Part shown: one piece after another, positions 19,690 through 29,371 of the stretch
How the letters are laid out: each line of letters starts with the position of its first letter
Numbering within the stretch: the first letter of the stretch is position 1
Source: Alkalispirochaeta sp.
GTDB lineage: Bacteria; Spirochaetota; Spirochaetia; DSM-27196; Alkalispirochaetaceae
Reading direction: 5' to 3'
Assembly: GCA_965601925.1 (NCBI GenBank)
Contig: OZ271854.1
Span: forward strand, 640,001-704,000
Length of the DNA stretch: 64,000 nt
Translations under genes and position numbers: made by a program
The notes under the pieces: model-generated
Databases searched by the model: none
What the model saw: the letters and a program-made list of their open reading frames with translations, nothing else
What the model was told of the DNA's origin: nothing

Positions 19690-20358
19690 TCAAGAAGCCG
19701 GTTGCGAGAAAACGAGTAGCGGCATCGCACTACGAACCAGCGCTTCCACGTCGTCAATTACGTCCCCGGACAGCCACTGATCCTTTGACAAGTTCCGTCT
19801 CACGAGCAGGCTTCTCAAACGGATGTAATCCGCATGACGATGTCCGTCATGACGTGAGTATCCACGCGGCATAGCTGCGAGCGCATCACCGCGATCCACC
19901 GCAAGACCGGCTTCGTTAAGCGAGCGCAATACGAGGTCGAACGCGCCGGCCCGTTCAATGATCGCATCCCGGATCGGCGTGAGTTGCCGGGGCGAGAGTC
20001 GGTGAAAACCGGTCGATGCAAATCCCCCTTTCACGTCGATCTGCAGGTAAAGCAGCCCGGCCTCGTTCGATTTTTTACCGGACGGGCTCATCAAGCCGTT
20101 TACATGGGTATTGTACGGCGTCTTGTCTTTTGAGAAACGTACATCGCGATGAATGCGATACATAGATTGTCGACCGCCCCGTAGCGGATAGTCGGCATCC
20201 CCCAGTCTATCGTTCAACGCATCGATCACCCGTACGAACGGGATTTCTAAGAGGCTCCTGAACGCGTCCTTGTTTGAGGCGAACCACTCACGGTTATTGT
20301 TGTTCTCCAAGTCCTTCAGAAAAACAAAACTCTCCTCAGAGAATCCCAGTGTCTTCAT
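19690..20358 (-). CDS. DUF2461 (TIGR02453) family protein
   Basis: FLKDLENNNNREWF, YRIHRDVRFSKDKTPY. Confidence 0.88.
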   Translation of the reverse strand: MKTLGFSEESFVFLKDLENNNNREWFASNKDAFRSLLEIPFVRVIDALNDRLGDADYPLRGGRQSMYRIHRDVRFSKDKTPYNTHVNGLMSPSGKKSNEAGLLYLQIDVKGGFASTGFHRLSPRQLTPIRDAIIERAGAFDLVLRSLNEAGLAVDRGDALAAMPRGYSRHDGHRHADYIRLRSLLVRRNLSKDQWLSGDVIDDVEALVRSAMPLLVFSQPAS

Positions 20359-20489
20359 CTACAATCCTTTTGAGCCACGGACGTTCTCTGCGGGCTCTCG
20401 CGTTGAACCTGTTGAGTTCGACCGATGGAGGTGCGTCGATCGCGCACCGACGCACCGTCCCGAGAGACTCTCGGCGAAATCGCGGATGC

Positions 20490-21248
20490 TCAGAACATCC
20501 CATTGTCATGCACCATCTCGGTCGGGATCTCCTGTACCGTATCCCAATGTTCCACGATCCTTCCGTCGGCGACGCGAAAGAGGTCATAGAACACATGCGG
20601 TGTACCGGCGATGCGCCCCTCGCTCTGAAGAAGAACGAAGTTGCCCTCGGCTATCGAACGATGGGTCTTGATTAGCTCGAAGGGAATAGTATTTTCTTGG
20701 ATATGGTCGAGGAAACCCATCAACCCTTCCGCACCATCCGCAATGCCGGGATTGTGTTGGTGATAGGTTTCGCCCAGATACTCTCCGAGCCTCTCCGTCC
20801 TTCCGTCGATCAAGATCTCTTGGTAGAAATCGACGACCAGTTTTCTGTTCTGCTCGGTCCGATCGAGATCGGTGATTTCGGTCGGCCCATCGATCATCGA
20901 TCGGCCGGACACCGTCGTATCCGGTGGTTCTTGGATTCCGTCCCAATGCTCCACGGCCACACCGTCCCGAAATGCGAACACATCGAATGCAGCGGATTCG
21001 CCCACGCCGGTATGGCGTCCGTGAACGGCGACGACATCTCCATCGGCGATTATGCGCACGGGCTCGACCGTGAAACTCCCGCCCTCGGACTGCAGGTGCT
21101 TCACCATGCCGATCAGCCCCTCGCGGCCGTCGGGGACCCGTGGATTGTGCTGCTTGTAGTCCTCGGCGACGATGTGTTCAAGAAAGTCGGTGTCTCCGCC
21201 GGCGATACCTCTTACCAGTATGTCAACGGCGTTCTGTCGGTTGTTCAT
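20490..21248 (-). CDS. Tandem SnoaL/NTF2-like domain protein
   Basis: Two repeats of Y.QHNP...DG.EG and D.F...DG..VEHWD; ends HDNGMF. Confidence 0.85.
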   Translation of the reverse strand: MNNRQNAVDILVRGIAGGDTDFLEHIVAEDYKQHNPRVPDGREGLIGMVKHLQSEGGSFTVEPVRIIADGDVVAVHGRHTGVGESAAFDVFAFRDGVAVEHWDGIQEPPDTTVSGRSMIDGPTEITDLDRTEQNRKLVVDFYQEILIDGRTERLGEYLGETYHQHNPGIADGAEGLMGFLDHIQENTIPFELIKTHRSIAEGNFVLLQSEGRIAGTPHVFYDLFRVADGRIVEHWDTVQEIPTEMVHDNGMF

Positions 21249-21272
21249 ATGATGGCGCCTCCTGTATCGATA

Positions 21273-21296
21273 AGTAACTTAGTTACTATTAGTAAC
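21273..21296. promoter_or_regulatory. Overlapping palindromes, candidate HxlR-family operator
   Basis: AGTAACTTAGTTACT (21273-21287) and GTTACTATTAGTAAC (21282-21296) in the divergent intergenic region. Confidence 0.55.
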
Positions 21297-21340
21297 AACA
21301 TCCAAGAGAAATTGCAAGCAGACTCGGAAAGGTCACAACC

Positions 21341-21733
21341 ATGAGCAAGCGTACTCCGCCGAACATCGCTCCCGACGAGTTCTATGACACCGCGTGCTGC
21401 CCTATACGAGGCGTCCTGGCCCACATCGGGGACAAGTGGAGCCTGCTCGTCATCACCCATCTTGGTTTCGGGCGGCATCGGTTTTCCGAGTTGTTGAACG
21501 CCCTACCGGACATCTCGCAGCGAATGCTCACTCAGACGCTCCGTAAGCTGGAGCGTGAAGGGTTGGTATCCCGAACGGTCAACCCGACTACGCCTCCTCG
21601 CGTCGATTACGCGCTCACCGACCTCGGGCGGTCGCTGGTCGATCCGCTCACCACACTGTCGCGTTGGGCGAAATCGAGAAAAGCGGAGATCGAGGGAGCA
21701 CGGGCGGCGTTCGACCGCAGGTCCGAGGAGTGA
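21341..21733 (+). CDS. HxlR/DUF24 winged-helix regulator
   Basis: CCPIRGVLAHIGDKWSLL, RFSEL, ISQRMLTQTLRKLE, PPRVDYALT. Confidence 0.92.
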   Translation: MSKRTPPNIAPDEFYDTACCPIRGVLAHIGDKWSLLVITHLGFGRHRFSELLNALPDISQRMLTQTLRKLEREGLVSRTVNPTTPPRVDYALTDLGRSLVDPLTTLSRWAKSRKAEIEGARAAFDRRSEE

Positions 21734-21804
21734 GCGATCGTTCCACTGTACGCCTGCAGGTCACCCGCACGGTATGCCGCCGTCACCGTCCGGGCGGCAA
21801 AGAG

Positions 21805-22263
21805 GTGGATAGAGTGTCGGAAGATATAGCGATCGACTCACATGGTCCCCATCGGGGAGATACGGTAGATCCGAATGAAATCGGAACGATCTACTTCGGT
21901 ACGCGGATTGAAAACATGGTCATGCTCGACCGCGACGGCATTAGTCGACCGATCAGTGTATTCGACGACCTCCCGCGAAGTTCCCGAAATCGCACGAACG
22001 TCACCGCCGTCATCCCGAAACGGTTCGCCCGCTCCCTTCGTCGACCGCCGGTCGACAAGAAAATCGACGGTATTCCGCAGGAGTACTACTCGTTGGCGCT
22101 ACACCCGTTCATCGCCGCAATTGAACCGGACATGATAGCGGGCTGGATCGTCGGTCCGGAAACGGTAGCCGTGATTCAGAAGGAGATGGACTCCGGTACG
22201 CTGTCACCGCGATCAATATGGGACGTGACATCACTCCGACCGATGCAACCGTCCGAGGCGTAA
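21805..22263 (+). CDS. Hypothetical protein (start approximate)
   Basis: ORF with protein-like composition filling the gap; no motif recognised. Confidence 0.45.
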   Translation: MDRVSEDIAIDSHGPHRGDTVDPNEIGTIYFGTRIENMVMLDRDGISRPISVFDDLPRSSRNRTNVTAVIPKRFARSLRRPPVDKKIDGIPQEYYSLALHPFIAAIEPDMIAGWIVGPETVAVIQKEMDSGTLSPRSIWDVTSLRPMQPSEA

Positions 22264-22444
22264 GCACCCGAGTCCGGCGGTACCGGAGACGCGAAACGCG
22301 GACAGGTCCGGTCCACCGTCGCAACACCATATAACAGGTGCGCCGCGCCGATCGTCCACCGCTCCGCTTCCGGCAGCATCGTGCAGGCCGGCCGGACGGT
22401 ATGCCGCTTTCGAATAACTCGTCCGTTTGGCGGATCATTTTTAG

Positions 22445-22491
22445 TTGACACGGCAACTTTTTCGCATCATATTAGTATCCATGGAAACTAA
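22445..22491 (+). promoter_or_regulatory. Sigma70 promoter plus palindromic MarR-type operator over the start codon
   Basis: TTGACA-N17-CATATT; near-perfect palindrome TTAGTATCCATGGAAACTAA (22472-22491) containing the ATG. Confidence 0.7.
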
Positions 22492-22951
22492 ATCGAGTTT
22501 GGGCGGATCGTACGCCGGTAAGAGTCAATCGGCCCCGTTGATAATCGGCAAATTGTTGAACATCGGCGGCATGCTCCAACGCCACGGCAACAGACTTCTC
22601 AAATCGTTCGGCCTGAATCAGCAACAGTTCTCAGTTCTCTATGAGATCGCGAAAGCTCATAACGTCAACCAAACCACCATGGTCAACCGCCTCGCTCTGG
22701 AAAAAGCTCATGTATCCAAAGTTGTCAAGAAGCTGAATCAGATGGGTCTGGTCGCAATCAAGACGTCGGCGGAAGACCGCCGCTCGACGTGGTTGGAGCC
22801 GACCTCAACGGGCGATCGGCTGATAGGCGAATGTATGACGGTGTTCGAGCAATGGAATGAGAAATGGATCGAAGCATTCGATCAAGAAGAGCTGGATTCG
22901 ATGGTCAACCATCTGACACAGCTACAATCCGTCTTCAGGGAAAACACGTAG
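22481..22951 (+). CDS. MarR family transcriptional regulator
   Basis: FGLNQQQFSVL, VSKVVKKL..MGLV, EDRRS. Confidence 0.88.
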   Translation: METKSSLGGSYAGKSQSAPLIIGKLLNIGGMLQRHGNRLLKSFGLNQQQFSVLYEIAKAHNVNQTTMVNRLALEKAHVSKVVKKLNQMGLVAIKTSAEDRRSTWLEPTSTGDRLIGECMTVFEQWNEKWIEAFDQEELDSMVNHLTQLQSVFRENT

Positions 22952-22971
22952 ATCGACAAGGAGATCGCACG

Positions 22972-23367
22972 ATGGAACGAAGAATCATTAACCCATGGAC
23001 CTGGCAGGATCAGTTTGGCTTCGTTCAGGCGAACGAGGTCACCGACGCGGAACGCACCCTATTTACCGCGGGTATCGTATCGGTTGATCAAGACGGGAAC
23101 CTCCTTCACCCCGGCGATATGGAGAGACAGATCGATCAAACACTCGACAACATGGAAACGTTGGTTCGGCAGGCCGGTTTTCAGCTTTCGGATGTCGTCC
23201 GATTCACCTACTACACAACGGACGTTGAAGCATTCGCGAGCGCCGGACACGTGCTGGGCACACGCCTGGCCGACGCGGCCTGTCGGCCCGCGACCTCTTT
23301 GATTGGTGTCGCCGCGCTATTCCATCCGGACTGCGTCGTTGAGATCGAAGCGGTCGCGTCACGTTAG
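22972..23367 (+). CDS. RidA/YjgF family protein
   Basis: INPWTWQDQFGF, PATSLIGVAALF, VEIEAVA; AAGGAG RBS. Confidence 0.9.
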   Translation: MERRIINPWTWQDQFGFVQANEVTDAERTLFTAGIVSVDQDGNLLHPGDMERQIDQTLDNMETLVRQAGFQLSDVVRFTYYTTDVEAFASAGHVLGTRLADAACRPATSLIGVAALFHPDCVVEIEAVASR

Positions 23368-23478
23368 TCGGACGGCAAATCCCGGGTGGTTGGAGTAACA
23401 CGCGTACACGGCGGCCCCGTGTGGCCGGGACCGGTCGGACCGATATAACTCTGGGTGAAAGTGAGCGGCACTGCTATA

Positions 23479-23799
23479 ATGAGACATGCGAGGGCTTCCG
23501 TGTACACAGCAATGATGCAATACCGACGCCTACCGGAACGGCTCGAGAAGAGGTGCGCAACGCGGCTACGGGAAGGGCTGGATATCGCGCGCGGACACGA
23601 CGGATTCGTGCGGATGAAGCGCTACTCTCGCCCCACCGACGAGGTGCTCGCGATCGGCCGGTGGAAATCCCGCGACCACGCCGAAGCGTGCCTCAAGACC
23701 GGGGGCTTCCGGAGACATCTTCACCGACTGAGCGGTATGACGACCGAATCGTCGACTCCCGTTCGCGGGGAGCTCCGGAGTTTCGCCTCTGCCGTGTAG
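23479..23799 (+). CDS. Antibiotic-biosynthesis-monooxygenase (ABM)-like small protein
   Basis: ARGHDGFVR...VLAIGRWKSRDHAEA pattern; start 23479 or GTG 23500. Confidence 0.5.
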   Translation: MRHARASVYTAMMQYRRLPERLEKRCATRLREGLDIARGHDGFVRMKRYSRPTDEVLAIGRWKSRDHAEACLKTGGFRRHLHRLSGMTTESSTPVRGELRSFASAV

Positions 23800-23844
23800 T
23801 CTGCGGCGGCTCGTCGCGGCCGGACGCCCAAGAAGGACACCACA

Positions 23845-26800
23845 ATGAACAACACCGACTCCCCAGCGCTGAACCGAGCAATGACCGAGGAACTTGTCGT
23901 CGCGGTCAAACGCGTCATAACGTCGGAGGATCACCGGCGCCGTGCAAGAACACTGGCGAAGATGGTGCTCGGTGCGCGGCCGACCGGACGCGACGGAGCG
24001 TTCGCGCGGGTCCGGTTCGGCATCTGGATGCCTGGGATAGCAGACGGGAAACTCGCCGATCGTCTCGAAGATATCCGGCTCGAGATTTTCCGCTTCGCGG
24101 ACCCGTTCGACTTCGCAGAGTTACCGTCGGGGACGAGCGTTTCCAAGGAGGCGTACGTCGCGGCCGTCAGGCTCGAGGCGGTCGGCGACTACCTGGTCGG
24201 TGAAGTCGACGGCGTCGTGGCCGGCGATCGCACGACCCTCGGCGACCTCTACTGGCTGCGCTATGACGACGGCGAACGACGTCACATCATTCGCGACCCC
24301 CTTGCGGCGTCGCTGCCCTTCGGAATCTACGCGCCCGCGGAGGTATTCGACGTCACGACGATGCTCGCCGGCCGCCGCGATATGGAGTACTTCCGCACCC
24401 ATAACGCACGACAATTCTCCGACGGCACCTATCGCGCACACGACGTTGGAATGCATCTCGAAATTCACACCGAGACGGCCACGAGCGAGCGGACGTTTGC
24501 GGCCCTTACCGAACGCTACCGGCGGATCGGAGAATCGATCCAAGAGGCTCTGGACGCCGGCGAGGAGCCGTACGCTCGTCTTAGCCCGGCCGACCGGATG
24601 TTCGTCGGGTTCGACTCGGTCGAGCTGACGCCCGAAGTACCGCCGGCGGAGCGCGAAGGGGTCGCCGAACGCTCGGGTGAGTTCTTTCGGATTTCCGACG
24701 GCGTCGATACGGCGCCGTCGGACGCCGAGGCCGGTGCGATAACGATCGCTCTCTCCCGCCCGGACATCTCCAACTGGGGGTACGATACGCCGATCCTGGG
24801 GTCGGCGGCGGTCAATCCGTCGGTCCTGCGCACCGTGCGGCCGAACGAGTTTCTCGAGTTCGTCGAGACGCTCCACACCATGCCGTACCGGCCGATCCAG
24901 CTGTGCATCGACTCGGTCCTCGGGCACTGCGACTTCCAGGGCGCCCGTCTCCTTCAGACCTTCGAGCGGGTTTCGACCGATCACGACGACCTCCAACATG
25001 TGAACAGCGCGTACCTGCGCGGAGCTAACATGTACGGACGGGATATCGATTTCGGGCGGCCCGAAGTACAGGCGTTGCTCTTGGAGCTGTTGGAACGGAA
25101 GCTCGCGTACGGGTTCGACGCCGTAAGGGTCGACGGCGCGCAAGACTTCGTCGCCGATCGCGATCCGGTCTCGGGGATGCGCATCCAGAACGACGCCTTC
25201 CTGAATGAAATGGCCAACATCGTCGTCGACATCAACGGAATCCGACGCCGTCCCGACTTCAATCTCGAAGACGGTAGGCCGTGGCCCGACGACATCAACT
25301 GGCTCTACAACTCGAAGTACCTCGACCACACGATAGAACGTACCCTTCCGTTCGGCGACCGGGTCAAACAGTGGAGCCCGATTATCTTCGCCCACAACGT
25401 GCACGGGAAGTTCAAGTGGTTCTTCTCCAAGTGGGATCGGTTCGTCGAGGTGTTTCGCTACGGCGCGCACTGGATTACCGGCAACAGCAACCACGATAAC
25501 GCCCGCTATTTCTATCGCATGACCAAGATGACACCCGCATCCGAGTACCGCACCGGCGACGCGTTCGAGAACTATTACAACGATGAGCTGGGTGCGACGA
25601 TGCGGGAGGTGGCGCACAACGCGCTGGACCACGGGGCGCTCACGGCGCTGACGCTCGGCTTCCTGCCGGGGCACCCGATGTTCATGCTCAACGTCCTGTT
25701 TCATACGCCGTGGACGTTCATGCGCGATATCGATCGGACCTACGACGTCAAAATCGCCGCCGAAGAGGGTTCGCGCTATTTCACCTGGTACGTCGACGAG
25801 ACCCTGTACCGCAAAGAGGGGTTTTACACGCGTCTCAAGGCGCTCGGGTTCACGACCGTTCGCTCCCTCGTGGCGCCGCCGGCGGAGAAGGCGCGTCACC
25901 CCGGGTTTGCCGATCGGCTGGATCAGCTCCGATCGGAGGTGAAGACCGAAGCGCTCGCCGCTCGATATCTCTTCGACGATCCGGAAGAGGGTGGAGGCTA
26001 CGGAGATGCGCTGGCGCTCGAACACGCCCTTGAACGGCTCCGCGCCGCCGGAGAGACCAACGCGCATTGGAGCGCGATGGCCTGCCGGATCGCCGGCGAC
26101 CCCCGCGCGTCGGAACATCGAGTCGCGGCCGCGCGCGCGCTGTTCGACAAGAGCCTGACGTGGCTGATGCGGCGCATTCCACGCGTCGGCGCCGCGCGCG
26201 CCGCCGTCCTGACTCGAATGGTCGAGAAACTGAAGGTACTGGCAAGCTGCAGCGATCGTGAGCTCGCGTTGTTAATTGAGGACGCCGACTGCATCGACGA
26301 CTACAACCCCGCACGTTGGTCGACCGACGCCGAACTCGTTCGCGAGGCGCCCAGAGCGATGCGCGACGATCGCGACATGATCGCGAGCGGGATGCTCTCC
26401 AAGTACGCCCGCGCCTTCATGTTGGATGCGCGCGACGCCGCAACGATCACCGCCTTCGAGGACGATGTCGACGATGCCGGGTCGGCGTACCGTCTCGCGC
26501 TACGCGCATTTCGCAGCCGACATCGCTGGCTCGCGGCAAACCCGAGCAACGACGTACGTCGCGACTATTTTGCCCGCAAGCTCCTGCCGAACGGCGCCAA
26601 GGACACCGGAGATTGGGGCGACACCGGCGACATCGTCAACTGCAACACGATCTACTACGGATGGCGCACCAGCCCCGATAATCGCGAGCAGGTGTTTGCG
26701 ATCGCAAACATGGAGGGTTCACCGGTCGACGTGTGTCCGCTCTCTCTGTTTATGAACTTCTCCGGCGAATGGACCGTCGCGATCGCCTCCCCGTCGATGA

Positions 26801-26940
26801 AACCCCTCCCCGACCGGTTCGACCGCTCCTCCGTTATCGAAAACTTTCGAAACGGCGAGGCGTTGATCCTCGTTCGGAGCGTCGACGGCGCGGGTCACGA
26901 CCCCGACGTGGTCTCGGACGATCGGGATATCGTCGATTGA
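23845..26940 (+). CDS. gghA: Glucosylglycerol hydrolase GghA-like (alpha-amylase-fold) protein
   Basis: DPLAASLPFGIYAPAE, NWGYDTPILGSAAVNPS.L...RP.E..EF.ETLH, YLRGANMYG, RVDGAQDF, EDGRPWP, recalled from the cyanobacterial GghA (Slr1670) family. Confidence 0.78.
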   Translation: MNNTDSPALNRAMTEELVVAVKRVITSEDHRRRARTLAKMVLGARPTGRDGAFARVRFGIWMPGIADGKLADRLEDIRLEIFRFADPFDFAELPSGTSVSKEAYVAAVRLEAVGDYLVGEVDGVVAGDRTTLGDLYWLRYDDGERRHIIRDPLAASLPFGIYAPAEVFDVTTMLAGRRDMEYFRTHNARQFSDGTYRAHDVGMHLEIHTETATSERTFAALTERYRRIGESIQEALDAGEEPYARLSPADRMFVGFDSVELTPEVPPAEREGVAERSGEFFRISDGVDTAPSDAEAGAITIALSRPDISNWGYDTPILGSAAVNPSVLRTVRPNEFLEFVETLHTMPYRPIQLCIDSVLGHCDFQGARLLQTFERVSTDHDDLQHVNSAYLRGANMYGRDIDFGRPEVQALLLELLERKLAYGFDAVRVDGAQDFVADRDPVSGMRIQNDAFLNEMANIVVDINGIRRRPDFNLEDGRPWPDDINWLYNSKYLDHTIERTLPFGDRVKQWSPIIFAHNVHGKFKWFFSKWDRFVEVFRYGAHWITGNSNHDNARYFYRMTKMTPASEYRTGDAFENYYNDELGATMREVAHNALDHGALTALTLGFLPGHPMFMLNVLFHTPWTFMRDIDRTYDVKIAAEEGSRYFTWYVDETLYRKEGFYTRLKALGFTTVRSLVAPPAEKARHPGFADRLDQLRSEVKTEALAARYLFDDPEEGGGYGDALALEHALERLRAAGETNAHWSAMACRIAGDPRASEHRVAAARALFDKSLTWLMRRIPRVGAARAAVLTRMVEKLKVLASCSDRELALLIEDADCIDDYNPARWSTDAELVREAPRAMRDDRDMIASGMLSKYARAFMLDARDAATITAFEDDVDDAGSAYRLALRAFRSRHRWLAANPSNDVRRDYFARKLLPNGAKDTGDWGDTGDIVNCNTIYYGWRTSPDNREQVFAIANMEGSPVDVCPLSLFMNFSGEWTVAIASPSMKPLPDRFDRSSVIENFRNGEALILVRSVDGAGHDPDVVSDDRDIVD

Positions 26941-27209
26941 TGAGTAGTCAAGCCCTCTAACGTTTTTCTGCTTGGTCGGTATTACCGCGGGCGCCGACAC
27001 CTTTGTGTCTATTCCGGTCGATCTCGATCCTGCTGCGCCGGAGAAGTCGAGCGGCAGGCGGCGCCTGCGTTCCGTCGAGAGCCCGGGGTATCGCTTCGTA
27101 GAGACGCAGCGCTCTATGGTGCGTTTGGAAGGGGCGATACCGTTCGCCCTCGGCCTATCATTCGATACGACTGACCGGCGACTCCGCCGACGAAATCGCG
27201 AGATTTAGC

Positions 27210-27269
27210 TTGACAAGTCACCGGTAAGTGACATATCGTACAAATCAAGAAGTCACCACTTAGTGACAT
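27210..27269 (+). promoter_or_regulatory. Promoter with two tandem TetR-type operators
   Basis: TTGACA 27210-27215; AAGTCACcggtaaGTGACAT (27215-27234) and AAGTCACcacttaGTGACAT (27250-27269). Confidence 0.75.
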
Positions 27270-27282
27270 TACAGGAGTACGC

Positions 27283-27906
27283 ATGAAGGATAGATCGGCG
27301 ACGAAGGAACGAATACTGGAAACCGTAGGGCGGATGCTCGCGCGGGGCCGGTTCCGGGACATCGGGATCAACGCCGTGGCTCGCGAGGCGGGAGTAGACA
27401 AGGTGTTAATCTACCGCTACTTCGGCGGACTGAGCGAGCTGCTGGACGCCTATGCCGAGTCAACGACCTTTTGGCCGAGTTCGGAGGAGCTTCTGCAGGG
27501 GGCGTCGACGGAGCCGTCCGACGCCGATGAGGCCGCGGGCCTTACCATCACCGTGCTCCGCAACCATTTGCGGCGGCTGCGGCGGCTGGCGGTAACCCAG
27601 GACATCATGCGGATGGAGCTGATCGAACGAAACGAGCTCACCGACAAGCTGGCCCACGCTCGGGAGGAGCAAGGGTTGCAGTTGTTGCAACGGATGGGGA
27701 AGGCCGTGGATGAGGAATGGGACGTGGCGGCGTTCGGCGCGCTGCTCCACGCGGGAATCAGCTATCTGATCCTGCGCTCGGGAACGGCATCGAATTACAT
27801 GGGTGTCGATCTCGGCTCCGAAGCCGGATGGAAGCGGCTGGAGGCGGCGATCGAGCCCGCGGTTAGGGGGTACTGGAAATGGAAAAGAGAAGACGTCGAC
27901 GAATAA
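27283..27906 (+). CDS. TetR/AcrR family regulator
   Basis: GINAVAREAGVDKVLIYRYFGG HTH; AGGAG RBS. Confidence 0.92.
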   Translation: MKDRSATKERILETVGRMLARGRFRDIGINAVAREAGVDKVLIYRYFGGLSELLDAYAESTTFWPSSEELLQGASTEPSDADEAAGLTITVLRNHLRRLRRLAVTQDIMRMELIERNELTDKLAHAREEQGLQLLQRMGKAVDEEWDVAAFGALLHAGISYLILRSGTASNYMGVDLGSEAGWKRLEAAIEPAVRGYWKWKREDVDE

Positions 27907-28490
27907 CACTCGTGGTAGTTTGGATCGCGCTGGTGATACCTGTGCAGCCGTTCGCTCAGGATAGCGAATCTCGCGGTCCAGAGCCGCGGATCTCTGAGGC
28001 TGTGGGTTTCACCTTCGACCTACTCCCTCCGGTCATGAGTGCAGCTGCGGGCGAGATCGGTCTATCGGGTCAAGCGTGGTACGCCCGGGAGCATGTGCGG
28101 TTTCGCCTCGTGGGCGCCGGACTCCGCTTTCCCGACGCCGTGTTGGGAACCGATGATTTCCGTTCCTACCGCACAAACGTCATGGCGCTGATCACCGATT
28201 ACACCTTTGGCAAACGGCACAACGGACCGTGGATCGGTGCCGGTCTGGAACTTTGGATGAGCACGATCGAACACGAGGCGACCGGCGTCGAGACGAGCTG
28301 GAACAGCTTGGTCGCAACGGTGGGCGGTGGCTACATCTGGCGGCTTCATCCCCGCCTCTACCTGGAACCGTGGGGAGCCCTCCATGTGGCCACGAGGTCC
28401 GAAACGGTAGAGATCGGGAGCGATCGGTTTGAGCCGAGACGGGTGAGCGGTGAAGTCTCACTCAAAGTCGGATGGATCTACGATTTCTGA
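27879..28490 (+). CDS. Exported probable beta-barrel outer-membrane protein
   Basis: Signal peptide, alternating amphipathic strands, GGGYIW, C-terminal KVGWIYDF. Confidence 0.65.
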   Translation: MEKRRRRRITLVVVWIALVIPVQPFAQDSESRGPEPRISEAVGFTFDLLPPVMSAAAGEIGLSGQAWYAREHVRFRLVGAGLRFPDAVLGTDDFRSYRTNVMALITDYTFGKRHNGPWIGAGLELWMSTIEHEATGVETSWNSLVATVGGGYIWRLHPRLYLEPWGALHVATRSETVEIGSDRFEPRRVSGEVSLKVGWIYDF

Positions 28491-28509
28491 TATGAGAAGG
28501 AGAGACGAG

Positions 28510-29295
28510 ATGAAAATGAAACGCATATACCTCGGCGCGGCCCTTGTGGCTCTCTCGGCCGCGGCGGCTTGGGCGGGCGGATCAAAAGAAGAAACGGTTC
28601 GGACCGGAAGCCACGGTGGAGACACTCTTGTCCTCCGAGTGACCCCGGGGGAGCACTACCTTCACGATCTGAAGGTTTCCTGGTGGCTTACCGTACGTAA
28701 CGCACCGCAAATGGCGGTTTGGATGGAGACGCTCGAGGGCGAGTACATTCGCACGCTCTACGTCACCGACCGCGCCGCAACGCAAAACTGGCGGGCGGCC
28801 CCACTGGATGGTGTGGCGGCTGGAGATATCCGCCGGCCGTCTGCACTCCCCGTCTGGCGGCATCGCGCACGCCTCGCCGGCGACGCGACGGTGGAGTCTT
28901 CAGACCCCTTCGAGACCCCGAGCATCGACATCGATGCGGTATCCGCCGCCACGACGAAGAGGGCGCTCATCCTACACGCAACCATGGACCTGCCAGCCGG
29001 CCCCTGTGTCGTTATGCTCGAAGTCAATAGCTCCACCGACTTTAACGATGCGTATCCGCAAGACGTCGAACCGGGGGCCTCCGGCTACTCCGGCGGCCCC
29101 TGGGGAAGCGGACAACCCGCCCTTATTTACGCGGCCGTCGTGGAACCGGTAGCCGCAGGGGCTGTCGAGCTGGAACTCATAGGCCACTCGAGCCCCGATG
29201 GATCGGACGGCGACGTTCGGTCGGGTGTCGCCGACGTAACCACGGCGACGAGTATCCTCGAACGGGTGACGATTGAGGTTGTGGCCGGAACGTGA
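28510..29295 (+). CDS. Exported DUF2271-like protein
   Basis: Signal followed by AGGSKEE; PQMAVWME...GEYIRTLYVT, ALPVW, DAVSAAT. Confidence 0.65.
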   Translation: MKMKRIYLGAALVALSAAAAWAGGSKEETVRTGSHGGDTLVLRVTPGEHYLHDLKVSWWLTVRNAPQMAVWMETLEGEYIRTLYVTDRAATQNWRAAPLDGVAAGDIRRPSALPVWRHRARLAGDATVESSDPFETPSIDIDAVSAATTKRALILHATMDLPAGPCVVMLEVNSSTDFNDAYPQDVEPGASGYSGGPWGSGQPALIYAAVVEPVAAGAVELELIGHSSPDGSDGDVRSGVADVTTATSILERVTIEVVAGT

Positions 29296-29371
29296 TCAGA
29301 GTCCATTAGCATGTCGGCGGGACAATCGCTTTCGGCAGAGATACTCCGGAGAAGAGTAGCGACATCTTCCG

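Noticed and set aside
22320..23400. Possible integron attC sites around the marR-ridA module
   Set aside because: No convincing paired RYYYAAC/GTTRRRY boxes, no repetition and no integrase.
24121..26118. 665 aa antisense ORF inside gghA (and similar long shadow ORFs at 34029-35261, 17688-18875 and 49265-50374)
   Set aside because: They lie opposite well-supported genes, have no motifs, and are expected in GC-rich DNA with strong codon bias.
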